From a virus: 64,000 nucleotides of DNA. The translations under genes were made by a program, and so were the position numbers. The notes beneath the pieces were generated by a model, which saw nothing but the letters and a program-made list of their open reading frames with translations, was not told the origin of the DNA and searched no databases. Of the stretch, positions 17,980 through 29,180 are shown in pieces. The number at the start of each line of letters is the position of its first letter. Within the stretch, counting starts at the first letter, position 1. The stretch spans positions 13,320 through 77,319 of IMG/VR virus record IMGVR_UViG_3300028802_000008; one strand, written 5' to 3'.

Positions 17980-20900
17980 GGCACGAGAATACCTTTCTCC
18001 GATGTAGCAGGTCTGATTACAGTTCGCTTGTCCTTGCGTTCCATCTCGCGCTCCTCATCGATCCGGATACAGGCGCGCAGAGCATCCAGCCGTCGCATCT
18101 CCAGCTTGTAGCCACTGAGGATGGTGTGCCCGAAGAGGCACAGGGCAGCAGCCGCCATCGTGTCGCGCCCGTCGACCGCACCAAACCCGCCAGCGGAGTT
18201 CCCTGGAGGGGAGTGCAGCCCGACCGCAGCAAAGGTGTCCCGACCTTCCCCCACAAGGACGGTAGAGGAGAAGGTCGGGACAACATGGACGACGGCAGCG
18301 GCCATCGTGTCGGAGCCGTCAGTAAGTTCCAGAGTGCTCTCGTGGAGCGGAGGAGTACCTACACCAACAGCAACAAGCGTGTCTGGCTTGTCGGCGAGAA
18401 CCAGTGTGCTTGAATGAACCGGAGGAACAGTGACGGCTTCCGCAACGAGGTCGTCACGCCCATCCGGAACAGCCAACGTGCCGGTGAGGGTCGGAGGCGT
18501 CGTGGAGGCCGTCGCCACCATCGTGTCGAGGCCGTCCGTGATCCCCAGGACGCCAGCACCGACCGCACCGGCCACCACATTGGCCACCAGCGTGTCCAAA
18601 CCGTCCGAGAGGTCTACGGAGGCCGTGTGCAGTGGTACGACAGCGGATACGGACGCTGAGAGGGTGTCGCGGCCGTCCGTGAACACCACGGTGGACGTGG
18701 CGAGCGGAACAGCAGCCGTGGCAGTCGCATCGAGGTTGTCTGCGCCGTCGATGAACCCCAAGGTGCTCGTGAAGATCGGGATCTCGCTCTGCGCCGACCC
18801 CACCATCGTGTCGCGGTTGTCGCCCCCCGACATCGTGCTGAGAAGCATCGGGACGACGGTGTCGGCAAAGGCACGCATCGTGTCTTGGCCGTCGGGGAGA
18901 ACGAAGATCAGAACATTGACGGCAAGGAAGTCGGGTGTGGCTTCCAGGGTGTCTACGCCGTCGGAGACGACCAAAGCTGCCGAGATCGTCGGGATGGTGC
19001 GGGTGGCCGCAGCCACCATCGTGTCCAGACCGTCCGAGACGGTGAACGCGGCAGCGGAGTTGCCCGGAGCAGCACTTGTTCCGACAGCACCGATCTGATC
19101 CGGTGCTTCGGTGATGACCAAGGATGACGTGAAGGTGGGAACGACAGTGGAGGCCGTCGCCACCATCGTGTCCGGAGCCTCGGTGATGACGAGGGCGCTG
19201 ACCAATGTCGGGACATCAGCCGTGGCTTGCGCCACCATCGTGTCCGTGCGATCGGTGAGAACGATCGACGCATCGTTGATCGGGATGACTTGGAGGACAG
19301 CGACGAGAGTGTCCCGGCCATCGGTGACGACCAGCGCACCGGAGAACGTCGGGATGGCCGCTGTGGCGGTCGCTACAAGTGTGTCTTCGCCGTCAGTGAC
19401 GGTGATCGCCCCTGCCGAATCTCCCGGAGGCGCGTGGTTCGCCGTGGCGACCATGTCGTCCACGCCGTCGGTGAGAACCAGAGTCGAATCGAAGGTCGGG
19501 ATGAATGCCGAAGCCGAAGCGACAAGGGTGTCCCGGCTGTCGGTGGCAGCAGCAGTACCCAGCAGGGTCGGCGGCTCCGTGTCGACGGAAGTCGCAAGCG
19601 TGTCGATGCGGTCGACAACGACCAAGGTTCCCGTGAGCGTCGGGGGAGTCGTCGTGACGACGACGGCAAGAGTGTCCGGATTGTCCGACACCGAGAGGGT
19701 CGATGCCTGCTCAGGTGGTGCCGCCGTTGGGACGCTTGTAAGCGTGTCAGCGTTGTCGGTGAGCGCCAGAGTCGACGTGTACGTCGGAGCAGTGGTGGAG
19801 ACCGTGAGCGCAAGAGTGTCGAGACCGTCGAAGAGGGAGAGGAAGGCGTTGAGACCGGGAGGCGTGGAGACTCCGGTCGAGGCGATCGTGTCCGCAGCTT
19901 CGGTGTAGAGCAGGGACGTGACATTCGGCGGGGGAAGCGATTCGGACGCAGCGACAAGAGTGTCTCGGTTGTCGGTCTGGGCGAAGGTCGACAGGTGCGT
20001 CGGAACGACCGTCTCGGCCGGTGCAACGAGGGTGTCGACGCGGTCGGAGATGGAAAGTGTGCTTGTGAATGTCGGAACTGTGGCGTCTACCGTCGTGACG
20101 ATCGCGTCGAGGCCGTCAGTGCGTGCAAGCGAAGATGTCTGGAACTCTCCAGCGGTCGCTGCCGCCACCAGCGTGTCTGGCTGATCGGTGAGAGCCAGAG
20201 TGCCGGTGAAGATGGGTGCGGTCGTGGTTCCCGCAGCCGTGATCGTGTCGATGTTGTCGGTGAGGACCAGAGTGCCGGTGTGAATCGGAACAGTGGATGA
20301 ACCCGAAGCGACCAACGTGTCTGGGTTGTCGGTTGCGGAAGCTAAACCTATGAAGATTGGAACCGTTCTGTCACCGGAAGCAACGAGCGTGTCCGCTCCG
20401 TCGGTGAGGGCGAGCGTGCCGGTGTACGTCGGAGCCGTCGTGGAGGGTGTCGCCACCAGCGCGTCGGCTCCGTCGGTGAGATCCAACGTTGCCGTCTGGA
20501 CGGTCCCGGCCGTTGCCGTCGCCACCATCGTGTCGACGCCGTCGGTGACGGTGATGATGGCTGCACCGAAGGTTCCGGCCGTTGCGGTCGCGACCAGGGT
20601 GTCCTGGCCGTCAGTGACGACGACATTCTCCGAAGTGAAGACTGGAACGGTTCGGCTGGCAGCAGCCACCATCGTGTCGAGGCCGTCGGTCGCTACCAGA
20701 GCACCCGTAGTGATGCCGAGGGCTTCGACCGAAGCCTCAAGTGTGTCTACGCCGTCGGTGCGAGCGACAGTCGAGTCAAAGGTGGGTACGGTCGTGGAAC
20801 CCGTAGCCGCAAGCTCATCCGGGTCATCGGTTGCCGACAGAGTGGACTGGAACAGTTGCTGAGCGTTGACCGACGCTGCCAAGGTGTCTCGACCGTCGAC

Positions 20901-23900
20901 CAGGATGAGGTCAGTCTCATAAGTACCTGGCTCCTCAGCCGAGACCGAAGCACCGATGACATCAAGCCGATCTGAGACATCCAGGGTTGCGGTGCGAACA
21001 GCGGTGAACGTGACACCGGAAGTGAGGGTGTCCGCTCCGTCGGTGAGCGCCAAGGTTCCCGTGAAGACCGGTACCTGCGTGTCAACGGTTGGCGCAAGCG
21101 TGTCTCGACCATCGGTCGTCGCGATGATCCCCCGATAGACATCCACCCTTGACGCCAACGTGTCCCGACCATCGGTCGGAGCCATCGATCCTGACGACGA
21201 CCCCGCAGCCCCAAGCGATACGATGAGTTGAGGGATGACACCTTGAGTGACGGTCGGCGCGCCAGCCTCGGCTACGGGGACAACCCTGAAGGCGAACGAA
21301 TCACTGTCCTCAAGCCCAAGGAAGTTGGTCTGGATCGAGAACACCAACTCCGTGTAGTTGTTCCCCGACCACCCGACATCGTCTGCTCGTCCATCCTCGG
21401 TGACTCGGCCTGCTACGAAGGTTCCGGTACCGGCTGACAGTCGAGCCGTGGTGGCGTTCTGATCCGTCAGGTTCACAGAATCGGTGTAAGCAATGATCCC
21501 GGCATTCGGGACCGGCGCGTACAGGACCGGTGGGAACGAATCGTATTCAAGCTGCCAATCAGTCGTACTTGGGATAGGCAAGTCGTTCGTGGACTGAAGC
21601 TGCACACGAAGTTGCAAGTTCTGCACGACATCACTGATCGCCGCAGCCGAGTTCTCGGCCGCAGCCGCAGCCGAACTGGTCTCCGTGCCGTCGAAGTAGA
21701 ATCTGTACTTGGAAACAGTGACGGCGGGGACGTACTCGGTGACGACTTGCGGAAGCTGAATCCAGGTATCGCCGGTCGTGTTCGCGACTGGTCCGTTGTA
21801 GACCAGAGAGGCAGTACGCCCTGATGATAGCGGGCTGATGTCTTCGTCGTCTATGAATACTCGCAAGCGAAGTCGCTTGCCCGTCGCTACGGCTGTAGTC
21901 GCGCCAGCCAACCATCCCTTGATGGCCGTCTCAGCAGTTGGAAGCCTTCCGTTTTGTTGGTTGACCCAGTTCCCACCCGGAGCAGGCGTATTCACAATGC
22001 TGCCAGCACCCCAGATCACAGCCCCTGAACCGTCAGCGTTGCAGATCGCCAATTCCGCCCGACACGAAGCCGTACCGGAAGTGGACTGGAATATCCGGAG
22101 GTTGAGTCCAACCAACCCATCCAAGGTGAAAGCATTCAATGTCTTGGAATACCACTCCAGCGGATTCGCACCCGGCGTAGATGTCCATTGGATTGCTGGG
22201 GTCCACCCTAGAACTGTGTTGACTTGAGCCGTAGCGGAGATCGGTCCACGATCGGTCCACATCTCCTTCTCATTCATGGGGCCGTCGCGGAGAACTTCAA
22301 CCCAAACCTGAGCAACCGTCAGGCTGGTGTAGTTGTTCAGACCGAAGGTGGTTGAACCTCCTGCGACACCTTGCCAGTCGATGATGTTCTGGCCGAAAGC
22401 TGTGCCATCACCCGCAGCACGACGTGCAGTCACCGTGCCGGAAGCCGCCAGGGGGGTCTTTCCATTCGGGTTAAGTGAGTTGAAGTCTGCACAGAAGTAG
22501 AGGAGCGTCGAGTTCCTTTGCAATATCGCGGTCTGGGATGCCTCTGTTCGGGAGTTCCCACCATTCGCCTCACCGATCGCGCCAGGTACGACCCAGGCGC
22601 ACAAACCGGAAGCCGAATTTCCCGAAAGGATGGTGAAGTTCGCTGAGATGGTCTGGTTGGTCTGAGACGATGCCGCCACGGCCACCCATATCCACGCAGA
22701 GCACTCAGTCGTGCCACCAGTCGATGCAGCAGCATTAACCTGCTGGAACAACAAGTTGGCATTCGTCGGAACACTGAACCCTTGCGAGTTGATGGAAGAT
22801 TCTGTTCCACCAGCGACGTAGATCCGGTCACCGGCATTCCAACTGACACCCGTGATCGTTCGCTGCGTTCCGGTGGGGTAGCCGGTGAACCACGTCGCCG
22901 ACTCGTAGAACGCAAGATTGGCGGGAGCAGCGGGTGTTCCCGTATCGATACTCGCGGTGTCCTTGAGATACAACTTGGACCCGTTCGGTTCCGTTTTTTG
23001 AACGGCGAAGGGTTGAGCGAACTTGACATAAGCTTCACTGGCTGCTCCTGCCGCACCACCGATAGCAGTAGTCGCCGTACCCGAAGCCATGTTCTGACCT
23101 GCCGGGGCGTCATCGAAGAAAATGCGTGCCCGAAGTCGATCACCCTTCAGAAGGTTGGTCGAGGTTGCGGTCGCGGTGAAGTTCATCTTGGTTGAAGTAC
23201 CGGTAGATGGAACAACGTTGGTCGATCTGAAGATCTCAGAGACAATGTTGCCCTGAGAATCCATCCTGTCCACGACGCAGTTGACAGCGGAGTTGGCTGC
23301 GCCAGCAGTACCCATCTGCCAAAGTTGAAGATCAACATTGCCCGAGATCGTCACATTGCGATCGATCGGCAGAGTGATCCAATGATGTATCTGTTGGGTG
23401 GCGAAATCAACTTCGATACCGGGAATCGGTCCTGGGACCGTAGCGACATTGGGCGACGAAACAACCCCTAACGGAGCGTCACCCCAGAGCCAGGTCAGAT
23501 GAGGAAGAAGCGTGCCTCTCAAGATGAAAGCGCGATCTCCCCTGTTGATACCGGGGTGTGGCCCGGTGTCAGCAAACCAGAACTGAGCGACGATCGGTGT
23601 CGCTTCAGCGGTGAACGACCACGAGTGGTTGAAGGCGGCTGTGCCTTCCGACATCTCTGCTTCGCCAGTAGAACCGGTGGCGCTGATCGCCCACTGGTGA
23701 TTGAGGAATGCCTGTCCGACAGGGTTCCTCTTGCCGACCGCGGTGAGGCCGCTCGACCAGTTGAATGCCGCGGTGCCTTCACTTCCGTTCTCACCGGTCG
23801 CCGTGAGATTCCAATTGTGACTGAAGGAAGCGGTACCTTGCTTGACGCCCGCAACGGGTGCCACGCCTGTGGCGGTCATCGTCCAGTTGTGATTGAACGA

Positions 23901-26900
23901 CGCGGTTCCCTGCTGATCCCGGACAACGTCAATCGTCGGCGTGACGCCGTAAGTCAGTCCTGTCGTCGCTCCGTTGCGGAGGACACGGAAGCGGATGGTG
24001 TCGCCGCCAATGAATGCTGGCTTGCTGATCTGCACCGGGTAGACGAGTTCGGTGAAGTTGTTGCCAGGGAAGCCGAAGTCATCAACCAAGCCGTCTTCGG
24101 ACACCCTGCCGGAAGAGAAGGTACCGGTGCCACCGGTCAAACGATTGGTGGTGGCCTGGCCGTCGGTCAGAGACGGGTCGTTGTAGGGAGCGACCGACGC
24201 TGAAGCAACGCGTGTCTGCACTCGGAAGATCAAGTCATTGGCGGAATTCGCAGTCCACGTTCCCGCAGCCACTCGGGTCATCTGGTTGCCGCCATGAGCA
24301 GGTGACAAATCGGAGCCGTATCCCCAGGCATTAGTACCATCGAAGGCAGCACTTGCTGTGAGCACGATGACGTACCGGGTACCATTCACCAAGGTGAACG
24401 TCCCATCGAAATCGAAGTATTCCCACTGTCTGGTGGTGGTGAACGTTCCCGCAGTTCGGACGGTAGAGGTCGCTAGGAGCGTGGCACCAACACTGCTTGT
24501 ACCGTAGGTACCCGAATGGGAGAACAACTCAGCCTTGATCGTTGAAGTTGGAGCCCCGAGCCGACAGGCCCAAAAACCGGCCCTCCACAGAGGCTGTCCG
24601 TTGCCGGTGAACGATTGGCCTATCGATACTTGGTTGACTGCCGAGATCGATGACGTGACCGACAGATTCGCCTCACCATAAACATCGACATCGGCAAAGG
24701 TGTACCCGACATCTGCCCACGTCCCGACGCCGTTCTTCTCCCACTGAAGCTGCCAATCGTCGGTGGCGGGAAGCGGTGCTGCCGTCGTGGATTGCAACCG
24801 CACACGCAATTGACCAATCCCGTCACCCGTGTTCAGGTTGCCGAGGATGGAAGTATTCTGGGCACCCAGCGCGACGCTGCCCGACTCTGTGCCTTGGTCG
24901 TAGAACCGGTATGCCGCTTGATTGACCCCGACCGTAGCCGCGACCAAGTTGACGGTCGGGGTTTGACTGTACGTCATTCCCGTCGTCGCACCGTTCCTCA
25001 GGACACGGAAGCGAACGGAGTCACCGCTGACGAATGCCGCCGCATTCATCTGGACCGGGTAGAGCAATTCAGTGAACCCGTTCGCCGCGAAGCCCACATC
25101 GTCAACGAGGCCATCCTCAGACACCTTGCCCGCAGAGAAGGTGCCCGTGCCACCGGTCAAACGATTGGTAGTGGCCTGGCCGTCGGTCAGAGACGGGTCG
25201 TTGTAGGGGATTGTCGGGCCGTCGTAGACCCTGAAGAGCAAATCTTCGTTGATCTGAGTCCACGAAGTATCGAACTGAGATCTTCTGCCAAGATGCGAAG
25301 AGATAGTGTCAGCGGTTACCAAGAGGCTGTTCGGACTCGTCATGCCACTGGCTTCAACTGCGATGACGTAACCGACACCCTTGGTCAATGTGAGACTTCC
25401 GTCGAAGTCGAACCGCACCCAGGATGCTGTGAGCGAAATCGAACTCGCTAATTTCGCCGTCGAAGTGGCAAGCGCAGTACCGGTGGCCATTCCGTCGATG
25501 CCACCTGTCGTGGTGGCGTAGAGGGTGGCCGTGACATTTCCGGACACAGTCCCTTGTCGTGCCAACCAGAAGTCAGCCCGAGTCAACTTCGCCCCTGCAC
25601 CGAGGAATGATTGGCCCTCACGGATATAACCAGCTACCGGGTCACCGAGAATGATCACCTGCGGCGACTGCGGAGTCAAGTAAGAATCAAGAACTCCAAG
25701 ATCGAGCCATATCCCGGTTGAGTTCTTCTCGAACTGGAGTTGCCAATCGTCGGTGGCGGGGAGCGGCGCGATATTCGTGGACTGAAGCAGCACACGCAAC
25801 TGACCGAGGCCGTCACCAAGGGTGATGTCGCCAGTGTGCGCGGTGTTCTGTGCAGCGAGGGCAACGCTGGTGTTCTCAGCCCCCTGATCAAAGAACCGGT
25901 ACCCCGCTTGAGTCACGGCGGGAAGCGTCCTTGTGACGTTGATCGTCGGGGTAGACGAGTACGTCATCGTGTCACTGATGGCGTCGTTCCTCAGGATGCG
26001 GAAGCGGAGTACATCACCATTGGTGAGGTCGGCCTGTATCAGCTTGACGGTATACAGCAACTCTGTGTAGTTGTTCGCCGACCAGCCGACATCATCGGTG
26101 AAGCCGTCCTCCGCAACCTTACCCGCAACGAAGGTACCAGTGCCCGCTCCGAGTCGGTTGGTGGTAGCCGCTGCATTGGTGAGGTATGCTGAGTCATACG
26201 CCCTCGCCGTAGTCGTAACGGCATCAACATCTGTCCACGTCCCATTGGCATTCTTCTCCCACTGAAGACACCAATCATCAGTGGCGGGGACGAGAGTAGT
26301 CGTCGTGGACTGCAACCTCATCCGCAGTTGAGTATTGACATCACCTTGTGTGACATCGATCGTGGGAGCCGTGTTCACACCGGCAAGCGCCGTGCTGCCT
26401 GTCTCTGTGCCGTCGTTGTAGAAGCCATACGCAGCCTGTGTGACTGCGACCGGAGTGATGTCCTTGACTTCAACTTGAGCCGTCGACCACACATCGGAGC
26501 GGGAGACCGTCACCGAGACGGTCGCGGCACTGGTCGTCGTGTTCAAGCGATAGGTGCCGTAAGCTGGACGTGTGCCATTGGCGTCAATGAGTGTGTGGCC
26601 GGTCGGTGTCGGGATTACGACATCCGGACGAACACCGTTGGCGAAGCGGAGAACCTGTGAAGTACCGTCAGCGACCTGAAGCGTCATTGCCGCCCAAGTG
26701 ATCGACGTGGACGTGGCCCCCTGGTTGGCGCTTATTCCAGGAAGGCACTCCTTCCCGGCCGCGGGTCGGATCGTGGTGGAGACGCACCGGGCAGCACCAG
26801 TGAACGTCGGCATCGTCCAGACGCCGTCGTACTCACGGTACGACACCATGATCGACGGCGAGACGTTCCTGCTGACGCATGTCGTCCAGCCAGCGGGCAG

Positions 26901-27020
26901 CGTCGCCAGAGTGGCCGTCGTGCCGTAGGCCGCGACCATGACATAGTCGCCGCTTGCTGTGCCCGCGGGCAAGGTGGCTGAAGTTGTACCCGGTGTCCCG
27001 TTGGCTACCCAGGTTGCCAT
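17976..27020 (-). CDS. giant (3014 aa) repeat-rich fibre/adhesin
   Basis: Thr/Ala/Gly-rich; four related Y.FY...TTNRL...TEL modules, lectin-like inserts, about 43 [DE]xxD repeats of about 24 aa. Confidence 0.85.
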   Translation of the reverse strand: MATWVANGTPGTTSATLPAGTASGDYVMVAAYGTTATLATLPAGWTTCVSRNVSPSIMVSYREYDGVWTMPTFTGAARCVSTTIRPAAGKECLPGISANQGATSTSITWAAMTLQVADGTSQVLRFANGVRPDVVIPTPTGHTLIDANGTRPAYGTYRLNTTTSAATVSVTVSRSDVWSTAQVEVKDITPVAVTQAAYGFYNDGTETGSTALAGVNTAPTIDVTQGDVNTQLRMRLQSTTTTLVPATDDWCLQWEKNANGTWTDVDAVTTTARAYDSAYLTNAAATTNRLGAGTGTFVAGKVAEDGFTDDVGWSANNYTELLYTVKLIQADLTNGDVLRFRILRNDAISDTMTYSSTPTINVTRTLPAVTQAGYRFFDQGAENTSVALAAQNTAHTGDITLGDGLGQLRVLLQSTNIAPLPATDDWQLQFEKNSTGIWLDLGVLDSYLTPQSPQVIILGDPVAGYIREGQSFLGAGAKLTRADFWLARQGTVSGNVTATLYATTTGGIDGMATGTALATSTAKLASSISLTASWVRFDFDGSLTLTKGVGYVIAVEASGMTSPNSLLVTADTISSHLGRRSQFDTSWTQINEDLLFRVYDGPTIPYNDPSLTDGQATTNRLTGGTGTFSAGKVSEDGLVDDVGFAANGFTELLYPVQMNAAAFVSGDSVRFRVLRNGATTGMTYSQTPTVNLVAATVGVNQAAYRFYDQGTESGSVALGAQNTSILGNLNTGDGIGQLRVRLQSTTAAPLPATDDWQLQWEKNGVGTWADVGYTFADVDVYGEANLSVTSSISAVNQVSIGQSFTGNGQPLWRAGFWACRLGAPTSTIKAELFSHSGTYGTSSVGATLLATSTVRTAGTFTTTRQWEYFDFDGTFTLVNGTRYVIVLTASAAFDGTNAWGYGSDLSPAHGGNQMTRVAAGTWTANSANDLIFRVQTRVASASVAPYNDPSLTDGQATTNRLTGGTGTFSSGRVSEDGLVDDFGFPGNNFTELVYPVQISKPAFIGGDTIRFRVLRNGATTGLTYGVTPTIDVVRDQQGTASFNHNWTMTATGVAPVAGVKQGTASFSHNWNLTATGENGSEGTAAFNWSSGLTAVGKRNPVGQAFLNHQWAISATGSTGEAEMSEGTAAFNHSWSFTAEATPIVAQFWFADTGPHPGINRGDRAFILRGTLLPHLTWLWGDAPLGVVSSPNVATVPGPIPGIEVDFATQQIHHWITLPIDRNVTISGNVDLQLWQMGTAGAANSAVNCVVDRMDSQGNIVSEIFRSTNVVPSTGTSTKMNFTATATSTNLLKGDRLRARIFFDDAPAGQNMASGTATTAIGGAAGAASEAYVKFAQPFAVQKTEPNGSKLYLKDTASIDTGTPAAPANLAFYESATWFTGYPTGTQRTITGVSWNAGDRIYVAGGTESSINSQGFSVPTNANLLFQQVNAAASTGGTTECSAWIWVAVAASSQTNQTISANFTILSGNSASGLCAWVVPGAIGEANGGNSRTEASQTAILQRNSTLLYFCADFNSLNPNGKTPLAASGTVTARRAAGDGTAFGQNIIDWQGVAGGSTTFGLNNYTSLTVAQVWVEVLRDGPMNEKEMWTDRGPISATAQVNTVLGWTPAIQWTSTPGANPLEWYSKTLNAFTLDGLVGLNLRIFQSTSGTASCRAELAICNADGSGAVIWGAGSIVNTPAPGGNWVNQQNGRLPTAETAIKGWLAGATTAVATGKRLRLRVFIDDEDISPLSSGRTASLVYNGPVANTTGDTWIQLPQVVTEYVPAVTVSKYRFYFDGTETSSAAAAAENSAAAISDVVQNLQLRVQLQSTNDLPIPSTTDWQLEYDSFPPVLYAPVPNAGIIAYTDSVNLTDQNATTARLSAGTGTFVAGRVTEDGRADDVGWSGNNYTELVFSIQTNFLGLEDSDSFAFRVVPVAEAGAPTVTQGVIPQLIVSLGAAGSSSGSMAPTDGRDTLASRVDVYRGIIATTDGRDTLAPTVDTQVPVFTGTLALTDGADTLTSGVTFTAVRTATLDVSDRLDVIGASVSAEEPGTYETDLILVDGRDTLAASVNAQQLFQSTLSATDDPDELAATGSTTVPTFDSTVARTDGVDTLEASVEALGITTGALVATDGLDTMVAAASRTVPVFTSENVVVTDGQDTLVATATAGTFGAAIITVTDGVDTMVATATAGTVQTATLDLTDGADALVATPSTTAPTYTGTLALTDGADTLVASGDRTVPIFIGLASATDNPDTLVASGSSTVPIHTGTLVLTDNIDTITAAGTTTAPIFTGTLALTDQPDTLVAAATAGEFQTSSLARTDGLDAIVTTVDATVPTFTSTLSISDRVDTLVAPAETVVPTHLSTFAQTDNRDTLVAASESLPPPNVTSLLYTEAADTIASTGVSTPPGLNAFLSLFDGLDTLALTVSTTAPTYTSTLALTDNADTLTSVPTAAPPEQASTLSVSDNPDTLAVVVTTTPPTLTGTLVVVDRIDTLATSVDTEPPTLLGTAAATDSRDTLVASASAFIPTFDSTLVLTDGVDDMVATANHAPPGDSAGAITVTDGEDTLVATATAAIPTFSGALVVTDGRDTLVAVLQVIPINDASIVLTDRTDTMVAQATADVPTLVSALVITEAPDTMVATASTVVPTFTSSLVITEAPDQIGAVGTSAAPGNSAAAFTVSDGLDTMVAAATRTIPTISAALVVSDGVDTLEATPDFLAVNVLIFVLPDGQDTMRAFADTVVPMLLSTMSGGDNRDTMVGSAQSEIPIFTSTLGFIDGADNLDATATAAVPLATSTVVFTDGRDTLSASVSAVVPLHTASVDLSDGLDTLVANVVAGAVGAGVLGITDGLDTMVATASTTPPTLTGTLAVPDGRDDLVAEAVTVPPVHSSTLVLADKPDTLVAVGVGTPPLHESTLELTDGSDTMAAAVVHVVPTFSSTVLVGEGRDTFAAVGLHSPPGNSAGGFGAVDGRDTMAAAALCLFGHTILSGYKLEMRRLDALRACIRIDEEREMERKDKRTVIRPATSEKGILVP
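18150..21190 (-). repeat. about 43 tandem repeats of about 72 bp (24 aa; TDGxDTLVA consensus)
   Basis: Counted in the translated C-terminal third of the giant ORF; boundaries approximate. Confidence 0.9.
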
Positions 27021-27044
27021 TGGATCAACCTCCCGGTTGGGAGA

Positions 27045-27389
27045 TTACGTCGAAGATCCGTTGATGACGAGGTTGGTGATGGTGTATTCCCCGGCCGAGT
27101 TGAAGGTCAAGTCACCGGCCAAAGCGGCCGACCCGTAGAAGGTGCCACCCGTCTCAGCCGACCAAAGCCCGACGTAAGTGGCAGGGTTGTTCGCTCCTCC
27201 ACCCGCGAACACCTTGTTCGTGATGGTCAGATCGCCGGTAGACGGAGCGGGCCAAGTCGCCGCGATTCTTGCCGATGACGCCGGGTTGGTGCCACCCGAT
27301 CCGGGGTCGGCCGAATGAATGGCAAGCCACGGCGCGGCGTTGCCCATCGCGGTCGCCCCGATGTTGACCAGAGCGTCCAGGATTGCCAT
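27045..27389 (-). CDS. small structural/fibre subunit
   Basis: LAIHSADPG..G, YVGLWSA.TGGTFYG motif typical of phage fibre proteins. Confidence 0.75.
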   Translation of the reverse strand: MAILDALVNIGATAMGNAAPWLAIHSADPGSGGTNPASSARIAATWPAPSTGDLTITNKVFAGGGANNPATYVGLWSAETGGTFYGSAALAGDLTFNSAGEYTITNLVINGSST

Positions 27390-27793
27390 CAGGGTGTTCC
27401 GTCAGTGATCACCGCCGAGGAACAGGCAACGGTTCCACCCGCCACGATCGCTGCGTTGAAGTTCAGATCGCCCGAGCCGACACCGGCCGTCATGTCAACC
27501 ACGGCTGTCGTGCCGTCCGCCTTCCAGAAGCGAGCCCACGTCGGGGTGCCGGAAGCCGCCGCCGTAGCGGAAGTGATGGGGTTCAGCGTCAGAACACCAC
27601 CGGCTGCACCAGGGGCAAAGGTCGCGTTGAGGGTCATCTCGGCGAGCATGGTCGCGCCACCGATGGCGGCTCCGACAGCAGGCTTGGTGCCTGAGTACAC
27701 GCGGAACTTGCCCGACGCGCCAACTCCGTTGGTTCCGGAGGAGATTTGATCGAGACGAGCATTGCGAAGGGATGTGACGTATCCGAGGGCCAT
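27389..27793 (-). CDS. small structural/fibre subunit
   Basis: LRNARLD, VYSGTKP, ASGTPTWARF, IVAGGTV motifs. Confidence 0.75.
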   Translation of the reverse strand: MALGYVTSLRNARLDQISSGTNGVGASGKFRVYSGTKPAVGAAIGGATMLAEMTLNATFAPGAAGGVLTLNPITSATAAASGTPTWARFWKADGTTAVVDMTAGVGSGDLNFNAAIVAGGTVACSSAVITDGTP

Positions 27794-27796
27794 GAC

Positions 27797-27946
27797 TTAT
27801 TCTTCCTCACCGGCATCGATTCGGGCCTGACGTTCGTCGGCTTCGCGCACAAGGCGGTCGGCTTCCTCTTGAGTCATGCCTTGGGGGAGTGTTGAGATGC
27901 CATTGCCCCCGACGGATAGATTCTCTTTGTTCTCTTCGTTTGACAT
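27797..27946 (-). CDS. 49-aa acidic protein (not in ORF track)
   Basis: MSNEENKENL...DAGEEE*; AAGGAG RBS. Confidence 0.55.
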   Translation of the reverse strand: MSNEENKENLSVGGNGISTLPQGMTQEEADRLVREADERQARIDAGEEE

Positions 27947-28020
27947 GCGAACTACTTATCTCCTTGAAAGGACGCTTTGCGACACTCTATTCCCTGGTCA
28001 CGATCCACGCCAGGATTGAA

Positions 28021-28898
<878 letters not shown>

Positions 28899-28901
28899 GC
28901 T

Positions 28902-29180
28902 TCATCCCGACTGCCCTTCGGTGGCCGCGGCGAGGTCACGCAACGGCTGGAGGGGCACCACTTCGGCCCGTGTGAACAGTTCGTTTATGGCCGCTGCCGC
29001 GGCAGCGATGACGCCTGTGACTATGCCCGCCACCGCACCGTCGTACACATCGGCTCCCAGCAAAATGGCATTGACAGCAGCGATGAACGTGAACAAGATG
29101 TTCATGACACGAACCGGCTCCCGTTGCCACAGTGACCTGACCGGCGTGGAGCGGACGACCGGCGTGTCGTCGTCGGACAT
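28902..29180 (-). CDS. holin
   Basis: REPV, two TM helices, R..VVP; directly after endolysin. Confidence 0.7.
   Translation of the reverse strand: MSDDDTPVVRSTPVRSLWQREPVRVMNILFTFIAAVNAILLGADVYDGAVAGIVTGVIAAAAAAINELFTRAEVVPLQPLRDLAAATEGQSG

Noticed and set aside
18121-21437. Several + strand ORFs with repeats
   Set aside because: Antisense shadows of the giant fibre repeats.
24127-25208. Diversity-generating retroelement TR/VR pair
   Set aside because: No reverse transcriptase in the window; both copies are conserved coding modules without adenine-specific variation.
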